Source of the DNA: Calditrichia bacterium
GTDB taxonomy: Bacteria; Calditrichota; Calditrichia; JAJRVZ01
Direction of reading: 5' to 3'
Assembly (NCBI GenBank): GCA_963712885.1
Contig: CAVQJT010000004.1
Location: 80,108 to 144,107, forward strand
Length of the DNA stretch: 64,000 nucleotides
Of this stretch, positions 51,826 to 59,839 are shown in pieces. A program made the translations under genes and the position numbers. Each line of letters opens with the position of its first letter. Position 1 is the stretch's first letter. The notes beneath the pieces were generated by a model. The model did no database searches and was not told the DNA's origin. It saw only the letters and a list, made by a program, of their open reading frames with translations.

Positions 51826-52497
51826 TTAACATGAACCTTTTGCATAGTAAAAAACACTCGGCTTATTAGGATCCGGACTAACATATCCCTTTCCATGCCA
51901 ATGATCATTGCCGGTGTTGGTTCCACTTTGTTCAGCACGGTAATAGGCCCAATCTGTATCAGAACCCTGCGTTTCTTCGCAAGCCTTTCTCCAGGCAACA
52001 CGCACCTTTTTACCCGAATTTAGGCGCTCAGCAAATTTTCTACCTCTGTCTGATTTGTCACTACAGGTTGTGTGAAAACCCAAAATATAATGAAGTCCTT
52101 TATAGATTTTTTGCCAATTTTTCCGACTGCCCTTGGCAAGTACCTGGCAAGCATCAAAAATAATCCATTCGTTATTTCTATCTCCTAATCTCATTTCACT
52201 TGCTTTAGCCCGACCATCATCTCTGTCTGCTCGACCAAATAATGGCCCCGTAGAATTTCCATGCCCTGAAAAAAATACGATATCTACATCATCAGCGTAA
52301 TAATTATCAGTCCCGGCTGCAGGGCTACCAACGCCACTTTGCTCAAAATCCTGGTCCCAAGCCAAATCATCTCCATAATCAAATTGCCTAGTTCCACTCA
52401 ATTTGTTATAAAAGCCTCTAGCATTATTGTCATTATTCTTTAATTCCGATGCTCTGCCATGATATTTATTAACCCATTCTATCCCAATTGTACCCAT
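51826..52497 (-). CDS. Hypothetical protein (223 aa) with His-Gly ... Asp-Ala-Cys arrangement reminiscent of clan CD (caspase-fold) cysteine peptidases
   Basis: VDIVFFSGHG (hydrophobic strand + His-Gly) is followed ~38 aa later by EWIIFDACQVL (hydrophobic strand + Cys). This is the order and spacing seen in caspase/gingipain/legumain-type folds. No signal peptide. Confidence 0.5.
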   Translation of the reverse strand: MGTIGIEWVNKYHGRASELKNNDNNARGFYNKLSGTRQFDYGDDLAWDQDFEQSGVGSPAAGTDNYYADDVDIVFFSGHGNSTGPLFGRADRDDGRAKASEMRLGDRNNEWIIFDACQVLAKGSRKNWQKIYKGLHYILGFHTTCSDKSDRGRKFAERLNSGKKVRVAWRKACEETQGSDTDWAYYRAEQSGTNTGNDHWHGKGYVSPDPNKPSVFYYAKGSC

Positions 52498-52748
52498 ATC
52501 ATTCTCCTTTTTTTATTAAGTTAATAACATAAACATTTAAAGCTTTATTGATCTAACTAAGTTAATCTTAGATAATGGAAAGTTTCACCTTTTAAAGAAA
52601 AACGGGAAGTATTCCGCAAAGCTGTCTAATATGAAGATGGAATACTGAAATTATACTACTCGTAAGTCAATGTACTATATGAGAGAGAATTAACATTTTA
52701 AGAATAAGGTTTTATGTTCTGCTTGTCAATACAAAAAGGGTGTAATAA

Positions 52749-52769
52749 TTGAGTGGAATATTTGAGTGG
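52749..52769 (-). promoter_or_regulatory. Direct repeat TTGAGTGG x2 (13-bp spacing) between the AraC-type gene and the operon; candidate operator
   Basis: The + strand reads attgagtggaatatttgagtggctattttgagg. It lies in the 294-bp gap upstream of the protease-like gene. Confidence 0.2.
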
Positions 52770-52791
52770 CTATTTTGAGGTCAATTATTGG

Positions 52792-53118
52792 CTAGACCTT
52801 AGCTCTTCTCCGATATGTTGCGGGTGGTTTGCCATTATATTTTTTAAACACCTTAATAAAGTATTTGTCGTTTTGAAAACCAACTTCCAATGCAATTCTA
52901 TAAAGTATCCAATCTGTACATTTAAGATATTTTTTAGCTTCTCGGCAGCGAATCAAATTTAGATACATATTTAATGTTATCCCGGTCTCTCGAACAAAAA
53001 TTTCACGTAATGAATTGTAATTACACCCAATTCCTTTTGATATTTCCTGAATCGAATGTATTGATCTGTAGTTATGTTTAATATATTGTAAAGCTATTTC
53101 TACATTTTTTTTATACAT
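52792..53118 (-). CDS. AraC/XylS-family transcription regulator, HTH-only (MarA/SoxS-like size)
   Basis: 108 aa. Two HTH units (IQEISKGIGCNYNSLREIFVRETG ... IALEVGFQNDKYFIKVFKKYNGKPPATYR). No ligand domain. Confidence 0.8.
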   Translation of the reverse strand: MYKKNVEIALQYIKHNYRSIHSIQEISKGIGCNYNSLREIFVRETGITLNMYLNLIRCREAKKYLKCTDWILYRIALEVGFQNDKYFIKVFKKYNGKPPATYRRRAKV

Positions 53119-53771
53119 ACGATTGTAGTAAATAAATCATATACAATAAAAACACAAACAACAATCATGCCGCCATAGATAAAATAAAATAAGCTATTGA
53201 AATTACTTAATATAATCTAGTATAACTTATAGGGTAATTGTTAATTATGTGAATTATAATTCAAATTTTGTGAACTATTATTCTTTTTCTATATTAATGG
53301 GAAATAATAATCTTGTTTAAATGTGCATAAAACATCATGAAGGGATGGGTATATTTTACTTGTTACTATTCTATATTTTAACTTAATTTTAAACTACAAA
53401 TCATTTGAATATTTCTTCATATACATGATATGAAATATTCGCTTAGTCTAAACAAAACTTCACAAATAATATACATAAGGATGGTCTATTTGACAATTTT
53501 ATGCAAGGAATATGTTTATTTACTATTGACCTTACCCCTTTGTTTGAACAAGTTTATTTGAGAGTAACTCCTGGTTTTTATACTGATTTGGGGTCAAATA
53601 ATTTAAAGAACTATGAGGTCGATATAATTATAATCGACCTGTTTTTTTTCACTTAATTCCTTTGCTTGATCTAAATTCATAAACCAGTTCATATTCAAAC
53701 ATTCAATTATATATTGTACTTACACTGAATGTTTAGTAATTAACTACAGAGGCGGAGTATGTATAAGGATA

Positions 53772-54926
53772 ATGACAAATTTATTGATCAATCCAGAAAA
53801 GAAGCCAATGATGTTAAATCTTGCTTTACCACATTTTCCTTTCAGGCCGTCGCTTTTAGTGCCGTTGTATTGGGAGTCTATCATTAAATTTCAGCAAAAC
53901 CAACCTTATATTTGTTTTGCTGCAATTCTTGTTACTCTCATAGTTCTAACAGTATGCAGAATCGGTAATTATAAATTTGCTACTGCTAACAGACATAATG
54001 GATTTGAACTATATTTAGACTCTTTAAAATCAAAACAAAAAGCATACCCGAATTTATTAGATGATATTTGCTGGGAAGCTGCACTCAGAGCATGGCGCAT
54101 TGTCCAGGCGACAATTTTTTCAGAGTTATTATACACAAAATTAAATACACGATGGTGGAATATTGTCAAAAGGTGGAATTATAATAAAATCAAAAAAAGT
54201 ATTATTATTTCTGAAATAAAAAATAGGCAGAAAGAAGATACACAAAATGCGCAAAGAACAAGAAACTTTAATTTAGTAAAAAAATACGAAGATTATAATA
54301 AAATAAAAAATAGCTGCCAAAGATGGTTTAATACCGGGATATTGACTAATGATTATGGAGTAAAATGGTATCCTGGGAGATATCTGCATACTATGCAAAA
54401 AGTATTGGAAATTATAGCGGTAATATCTCTTTTTCCTTTAGGTTTTGCTGTTCTACAATTCCAGTTCTGTGCCGAATATAGTTCTTTTAATTTTATTTGT
54501 AATAATATTTCCGTCAATGGCTTTGCTTTAATTACTGTTTTTATTTTATTTGTATCGGTAATCGCAGTGGTCGTCAATATTCATCACATAAATACGCGTA
54601 GAAAAGTATTAGAAAGTGGTTTGTTAAGTATACATACATGCTCTGTTCTCTGGCAGGTTGTTTCGATTGTACATCATCGTGCAATAAAAGGCACGGGAAA
54701 TGATCAAAATAAATATTTAGAAAATTTAGTGAAAGAGACAGAAGAACTAAAAAAATATGTTACGGATATTTATGGCTGGGTAAGAAAGGTTGGTGGAAAG
54801 AATAAGTCTTTTCGGTCCTTGTTAATAACAATATATATGTATTCTGGGTTTAAAATTGTGATACGTCAGACCCTCCCGGACCAAACTTTGAAAATTATAA
54901 GAGATATAGAGGAGGTCTGGCGATGA
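53772..54926 (+). CDS. Hypothetical multi-TM membrane protein (384 aa)
   Basis: Intact ORF, divergent from the AraC gene across a ~650-bp AT-rich gap. Hydrophobic segments ICFAAILVTLIVLTVCRIG, VLEIIAVISLFPLGFAVLQFQF, GFALITVFILFVSVIAVVVNI and LLSIHTCSVLWQVVSIV. A Lys/Asn-rich loop and a soluble C-terminus. No family recognised. Confidence 0.55.
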   Translation: MTNLLINPEKKPMMLNLALPHFPFRPSLLVPLYWESIIKFQQNQPYICFAAILVTLIVLTVCRIGNYKFATANRHNGFELYLDSLKSKQKAYPNLLDDICWEAALRAWRIVQATIFSELLYTKLNTRWWNIVKRWNYNKIKKSIIISEIKNRQKEDTQNAQRTRNFNLVKKYEDYNKIKNSCQRWFNTGILTNDYGVKWYPGRYLHTMQKVLEIIAVISLFPLGFAVLQFQFCAEYSSFNFICNNISVNGFALITVFILFVSVIAVVVNIHHINTRRKVLESGLLSIHTCSVLWQVVSIVHHRAIKGTGNDQNKYLENLVKETEELKKYVTDIYGWVRKVGGKNKSFRSLLITIYMYSGFKIVIRQTLPDQTLKIIRDIEEVWR

Positions 54927-55062
54927 ATCAAGAAGTAAAAGATATTCTAAATCAGGGAAGTAAACTTTTCGTTTTAGAGTATGCGAAGACCATGGGCAAT
55001 GTAAATCCTAAGCACGAAATCCTAAATCCGAACAAATTAATAATTTAAATGTCTAAAACAAA

Positions 55063-55090
55063 AAACCAGTCATGATAATAAGACTGGTTT
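55063..55090 (-). terminator. Intrinsic terminator (reads as a minus-strand terminator)
   Basis: AAACCAGTC-atgataataa-GACTGGTTT. On the minus strand the stem is followed by TTTTTTGTTTT. Confidence 0.55.
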
Positions 55091-55250
55091 GGGATTTGGT
55101 GCCTGGTCCTTGGTATTTTGAGGACCGAAGGTCCGAGTTTTGGGTCCCGCCCAAGTCGGAACAACCGGGGTCTCCCGGTAGGCGGATGCGCCTGTTCCAT
55201 TTCACGGGATCTCCGACTCGGCGCATTCGAATCCCCCTTTCTGGCACTGT
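55091..55250. ncRNA. Candidate structured RNA of unknown class (GC-rich, stem-dense, bracketed by terminators)
   Basis: A ~160-nt GC-rich block in AT-rich surroundings. Hand-found helices: GGACC-GAA-GGTCC, CCGGG-GTCT-CCCGG, AGTCGGA/TCCGACT, GGGTCCCG/CGGGATCT, GGGATT/AATCCC. It occupies the same position relative to a repeat+terminator module as tRNA-Val does at 59.0 kb. The short ORFs listed here are probably spurious. Confidence 0.3.
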
Positions 55251-55252
55251 TT

Positions 55253-55290
55253 AAGCCTATGTTATTTTTAAACATGGGCTTTTTATTTTT
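55253..55290 (+). terminator. Intrinsic terminator (plus strand)
   Basis: AAGCCTATGTT-attttta-AACATGGGCTT followed by TTTATTTTT. Confidence 0.55.
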
Positions 55291-55568
55291 GCAGCGTGTT
55301 TACGATATCATTGGTTAATTCTGTAAAATTTGATTCTTTCTGCGCTCCACAGCTGCATCCGTGTTTCAAGCCTGTGTATTACTTCATTTTTTACAATTAT
55401 TCCCCGAATTTTATCTCATTTTGAGTTTTTTATCATAAAATAAGATAACCAAATTTGTGTTGATCTTCACAATTTTCCTCAAGTATGATATATATCTTCT
55501 TTTAATAGAAATTTATATATTCTATCATCTGCAGTAATTTATCCAGAAATCAGAGGAGGGTCTGCTAT

Positions 55569-57248
55569 ATGGCTCCGTCAAAACCATCCCACAAGAAGAA
55601 TGAAAACAATCAGAAATTTTCACTAAGTCCAAGTGGAGAGAAGTTTCCATTACCCGGACCAGATGATTTTGAAGCAGAGTTTAACAGGTTAAAACAATTA
55701 GTTGATAACGCCCGTCATGAGGGTAAAGAAATTGTTGTTGTCATGGGCGTAGGTTTTGTAGGTGCCGTAATGGCCGCAATCGTTGCCGATACAACCGATG
55801 AGAATGGAAAATCAACAAAATTCGTTATTGGTTGCCAAAGACCGAGTATCAGAAGTTACTGGAAAATACCCCTGTTAAATAAGGGTACTTCTCCCGTGAA
55901 AGCGGAAGATCCGGAAGTAGATGTCATGATTGAGCGCTGTGTTCTTCAAAAGAAAACATTAACAGCGACTTTTAACAGCGATTGTCTAAAACTGGCTGAT
56001 TGTGTTGTCGTAGACGTTCAGTGTGATTATCTTAAACAGGATCTGGGAAACATGCGGTCAGGCGAAACCGATATGGCTGCGCTGGAGGCAACCCTGCGTA
56101 CGATTGGTGAGAAAATTCCTCCCAGCTGTCTTGTTTTGATAGAAACAACGGTTGCTCCAGGCACAACAGAATTTGTTGCCTGGCCGATACTTAAAAAAGC
56201 TTTCGCCAACCGGGGAATAGATTTGGAACCTCTACTAGCGCATAGTTTTGAAAGAGTGATGCCGGGAAAAGATTATGTCGCAAGTATTCGTGATTTCTGG
56301 CGTGTATGTTCAGGTTGTAATGATGAAGCGCGTGATAGAGTGGAAAAATTTTTAAGAGAAGTTCTGAATACGGAAGATTTTCCATTAACTGTAATGGACC
56401 GACCAATTGAATCTGAAACCACAAAAATCGTGGAAAATTCATATCGGGCAACGATACTGGCCTTTTTGAATGAGTGGAGTTTGTTTGCGGAGCGAAATGG
56501 TGTCGATCTGATCAAGGTAATCAAGGCGATAAAAATGCGCCCCACACACAGCAATATAATTTTTCCGGGACCAGGAATCGGCGGCTATTGTCTTCCCAAA
56601 GATGGTGGTCTCGGATATTGGGCATATCGTCATATTCTGGGATTTGAAGATGGCGATGCGGTTTTTAGAATTACGCCGGAAGCAATCGACATCAATGATA
56701 CCAGAGCATTACATGTTGCAGAAATGGTTCGGGATGCCTTACGTAATATGGGGCGCTATATTGCCGGAGCATCGGTTGTATTGTGTGGCGCCAGCTATCG
56801 TCAGGATGTTGGCGATACAAGATACAGCGGTAGTGAAATCATTGTCCGAAAGCTTACAGAAATGGGTGCAGATATGAAGATTCATGATCCTTATGTCGAG
56901 CATTGGTATGAATTGGAAAATCAGGATGAATATCCGGCACCCGGTCATTCCTGGGGACGTTTCTTTCGAAACCAGGAAGGGCTTACGGAATCAACTGTAG
57001 AAAAGGATTTATCAAAAACACTTCATGATGCCGAAGCAGTCATTTTCGCAGTTCCTCATGAATATTATTTAGATCTAAATCCGGATGACATTTTAAAATG
57101 GTCAGGAGGTCCACTCGCTGTAATTGATTGTTTTGGAATTTTATCTGATGAAAAAATTATACGATACTTTGAATTGGGATGCGAGGTCAAAGGTTTAGGT
57201 CGTGGCCATATACAAAGGCTGAAAAAAACTATGATATCCAAGAAATGA
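55569..57248 (+). CDS. Nucleotide-sugar dehydrogenase (UDP-glucose/GDP-mannose dehydrogenase family), long form
   Basis: 559 aa. Rossmann VVVMGVGFVGAVMAAIVAD, central catalytic Cys region (GIGGYCLPKD), UDPG_MGDP_dh C-terminal domain. RBS GAGGAGGG upstream. Confidence 0.8.
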   Translation: MAPSKPSHKKNENNQKFSLSPSGEKFPLPGPDDFEAEFNRLKQLVDNARHEGKEIVVVMGVGFVGAVMAAIVADTTDENGKSTKFVIGCQRPSIRSYWKIPLLNKGTSPVKAEDPEVDVMIERCVLQKKTLTATFNSDCLKLADCVVVDVQCDYLKQDLGNMRSGETDMAALEATLRTIGEKIPPSCLVLIETTVAPGTTEFVAWPILKKAFANRGIDLEPLLAHSFERVMPGKDYVASIRDFWRVCSGCNDEARDRVEKFLREVLNTEDFPLTVMDRPIESETTKIVENSYRATILAFLNEWSLFAERNGVDLIKVIKAIKMRPTHSNIIFPGPGIGGYCLPKDGGLGYWAYRHILGFEDGDAVFRITPEAIDINDTRALHVAEMVRDALRNMGRYIAGASVVLCGASYRQDVGDTRYSGSEIIVRKLTEMGADMKIHDPYVEHWYELENQDEYPAPGHSWGRFFRNQEGLTESTVEKDLSKTLHDAEAVIFAVPHEYYLDLNPDDILKWSGGPLAVIDCFGILSDEKIIRYFELGCEVKGLGRGHIQRLKKTMISKK

Positions 57249-57254
57249 AACCCT

Positions 57255-57600
57255 AAAACGGGACCTACGCTGCGCTCCAACGAGACAGGATTCGAATCCG
57301 CCGGAAGGCGGACCTTCGCTGCGCTACGGCCTGTGAAGTATTAAATCCGAAATCCGAAACATTTTATAAAAACTAATACTCAAAATAAAAAAACCAGCTC
57401 GCAGATAGGCTGGTTTAAAATATCTGAATTATAGATTATTCGGATTTCGAAATTCGTGCTTCGAGTTTCGAAGGCCGAAGGCCTGAGTGGTAGGTCCCGA
57501 AGATCGGGATATACGCTATGTCCAACGAAACAGGATTAGATTCCCGAAATATTAGGAACATCCGCTTTGCTCCAGCCTGTGACCACAGAAATTCATCTAA
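57255..57600. repeat. tRNA-Val-derived scars plus terminator/IR module
   Basis: 57281-57296 cgagacaggattcgaa is identical to the tRNA-Val gene's + strand sequence at its 3' portion. 57526-57540 cgaaacaggattaga is a degenerate copy, and 57576-57584 cctgtgacc matches the tRNA variable/T-stem region. 57365-57500 duplicates 58875-59012. Confidence 0.6.
57391..57416 (-). terminator. Intrinsic terminator (minus-strand sense), paralog of the tRNA-Val terminator
   Basis: AAACCAGC-tcgcagatag-GCTGGTTT preceded by an A-run on the + strand (a U-run on the minus strand). Confidence 0.5.
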
Positions 57601-57782
57601 CGGTGAATTAAAATCTCAATAATCAAATTCAAACTTCAAATACTGCGCGGGCAGTTTTGACCAAAAATTTATTTGACGGTGCATCGTCAGAAGGCAAGCG
57701 AGGATTTGAAACTGGATCCGATTTGATGTATAATTAATAATCCGATCAAATCTTTTTGACTGTCAAGAGAAAGACAGGTGAT

Positions 57783-58712
57783 ATGCATCAGCCGGGCACC
57801 ACGCCATTTTACATATATATTTTGTTAATTTTTCTGCTTCTGCCGCCACAGAAGGCACCGGCCACGGAAGCATACGCGGAAAAAACCGGTAAAGATTGTA
57901 TCGCCTGTCATATGGATCCATCCGGTGGCGGTGAGTTGAACGAAGTGGGAAAGGCCTTTCAGAATCATTCGGGCACCGGTAATGATACGGTTGAAAAAAT
58001 CAGTTCGGGTTTATCCATCCTTCGTTTTATCGCCGGATATCTGCACATCATTACGGCGGTATTCTGGTTCGGGACGATTCTATATGTCCATCTGATCCTG
58101 AAACCGGCCTATGCCGCCGGTGGGCTGCCCCGGGGGGAGGTGCGGGTCGGATTGTTCTCCATGATGATCATGCTGGTTACCGGAACGGTTCTGGTCCTTT
58201 TCAGGGTATCATCCTTTGAGCTGCTTTTCGGATCACGTTTCGGCATTTTATTGAGCATCAAGCTGGGCCTGTTTCTGATGATGGTCGCCACTGCGCTGGT
58301 GGCTGTATTCTTTATCGGACCGAAGCTGCGCCGGGATAAAAAAGAGGGCGGCCAAAAGTCCGGTGACGATATGTCATCCGAAGCGCTGGCGTATTTTGAC
58401 GGTAAAGAGGATCGTCCGGCCTATATCGCCTATAAAGGGGATATTTATGACGTGTCCAAAAGCGGCATCTGGTATGGCGGCATGCATTTTTTCAGGCATG
58501 CTGCCGGGAATGATCTGACCGGTTTTCTCAGCCAGGCGCCGCACGGCGAAGAAAAAATACTGAAGATGCCCAGAGTCGAAAAAGCAGCCATCGAGGGAAA
58601 AAAAACAAGACCACCAAAATATGAAAGGCTGTTTTACTTCATTGCTTATTTCAATCTCACCATGGTCTTTTTAATCCTATTAATCCTGGCCCTGTGGAGG
58701 TGGTGGGGTTAA
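57783..58712 (+). CDS. Membrane redox fusion: N-terminal c-type heme site (CxxCH), CopD-like TM block, C-terminal cytochrome b5-like heme/steroid-binding domain
   Basis: 309 aa from ATG 57783. Signal, then KDCIACHMDPSGGGEL. About 4 TM helices. C-terminal LAYFDGKEDRPAYIAYKGDIYDVSKSGIWYGGMHFFRHAAGNDLTGFL is a cyt b5-like pattern, followed by a final TM helix. Confidence 0.6.
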   Translation: MHQPGTTPFYIYILLIFLLLPPQKAPATEAYAEKTGKDCIACHMDPSGGGELNEVGKAFQNHSGTGNDTVEKISSGLSILRFIAGYLHIITAVFWFGTILYVHLILKPAYAAGGLPRGEVRVGLFSMMIMLVTGTVLVLFRVSSFELLFGSRFGILLSIKLGLFLMMVATALVAVFFIGPKLRRDKKEGGQKSGDDMSSEALAYFDGKEDRPAYIAYKGDIYDVSKSGIWYGGMHFFRHAAGNDLTGFLSQAPHGEEKILKMPRVEKAAIEGKKTRPPKYERLFYFIAYFNLTMVFLILLILALWRWWG

Positions 58713-58907
58713 AATTGATCGGAGGGCGCTGAAGGGTATAAAAGAATAATCACCTTTAAAGAATTTTTTCATTCGACCCGGAAAGGACTATATGTTCTAA
58801 ATCAACGAGGAAAACTTATGGTTCTGGAGTATACAAAGGCCATTGGCAGTGGAATTCCCAAGCACGAAATCCGAAAAAATTTTTAAAGACTAATACTCAA
58901 AATAAAA

Positions 58908-58940
58908 AAACCAGCTCGGAGATCAGCTGGTTTAAAATTT
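58908..58940 (-). terminator. Intrinsic terminator downstream of tRNA-Val
   Basis: AAAAAAACCAGCT-cggagatc-AGCTGGTTTAAAA. A U-run follows the stem on the minus strand. Confidence 0.6.
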
Positions 58941-59009
58941 CTGAATTATAGATTATTCGGATTTCGAAATTCGTGCTTCGGGTTTCCCGAAGGCCATCGG
59001 CCTGAAGAG

Positions 59010-59087
59010 TGGTGGGCGAGACAGGATTCGAACCTGTGACCCCCTGCTTGTAAGGCAGGTGCTCTAAACCAGCTGAGCTACTCGCCC
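59010..59087 (-). tRNA. tRNA-Val (anticodon TAC), CCA encoded
   Basis: The reverse complement GGGCGAG-TA-GCTC-AGCTGGTTTA-GAGC-A-CCTGC-CTTACAA-GCAGG-GGGTC-ACAGG-TTCGAAT-CCTGT-CTCGCCC-A-CCA folds as a canonical cloverleaf. Confidence 0.9.
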
Positions 59088-59209
59088 CTCAGAAAAACAA
59101 TGAAAAATGACAAATGAAAAAGGAAAAAAGAAAAATCTCCCTTTTCACTCTGATTCTTTTTTAATCTTTGATCTTAAATTTCTAATTCCTAATCCCTAAT
59201 TCCTATTTC

Positions 59210-59470
59210 CTAATTTTTTCCGCCTTCCGCTTTCTCCTGCCGCTGTTCCTTCCAGCCGTAGAAGATCGAATAAGGTATCACCACCAGATAGGCGATCATC
59301 AAAACGATCGGCGAAAGGGTCCGCGACACAAATCCGTTGACCGGCGGCTGTGCCATCAATATATAACCGATGACCAGCATGATCAGGCCAACAGCAAGGA
59401 TGTATAAATTCTTTTTACCAAAGGGCAGGGTCTCTGCCAGTTTTATCTTTTTCCGCGCTTCTTTCGCCAT
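59210..59470 (-). CDS. DUF3098-like small membrane protein
   Basis: 86 aa. Basic N-terminus, PFGKKNLYILAVGLIMLVIGYILM and a second TM helix, as in DUF3098 proteins (from memory). Confidence 0.5.
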   Translation of the reverse strand: MAKEARKKIKLAETLPFGKKNLYILAVGLIMLVIGYILMAQPPVNGFVSRTLSPIVLMIAYLVVIPYSIFYGWKEQRQEKAEGGKN

Positions 59471-59839
59471 AATCTTTGCTTATCCTCTATTTTCCGGTTT
59501 CAAACCATAGTCAAATAATTTAAATTCAGTATTCATGGAATTCAAGTTTTAATTGGGGCATTATATTATACACGGAGTTCGCTGGTTGGTTCATAAATAC
59601 AAGGTAAAAGGAAAAAGGAAAAAGGCAAAAAGGAAAAGCGGAATTGATTATGATTGCAGAAGGCAGGTTAACTGATGGTCATAAGTAAAACATGTGTTCC
59701 TCATACCTTTTCTGCCAAGGAAATCCCGCGCATTATTCATATAATGCACGCCTACTATAATTTTTTACCTTTTACCTTTTACCTTTTACCTTTTTCCTTT
59801 CCTCCGTTTACCCCGGTCAGAAAGTTTACGGACTAACAC

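Noticed and set aside
55091-55250. The structured segment as tRNA-Sec, tmRNA, SRP RNA, 6S RNA or a known riboswitch.
   Set aside because: There is no cloverleaf with a UCA anticodon loop (the UUUCACG loop has a pyrimidine at position 37). There is no tmRNA 5'/3' ends and no GGAAGCAGC-type SRP motif. The candidate closing helices cross each other. I left it unclassified.
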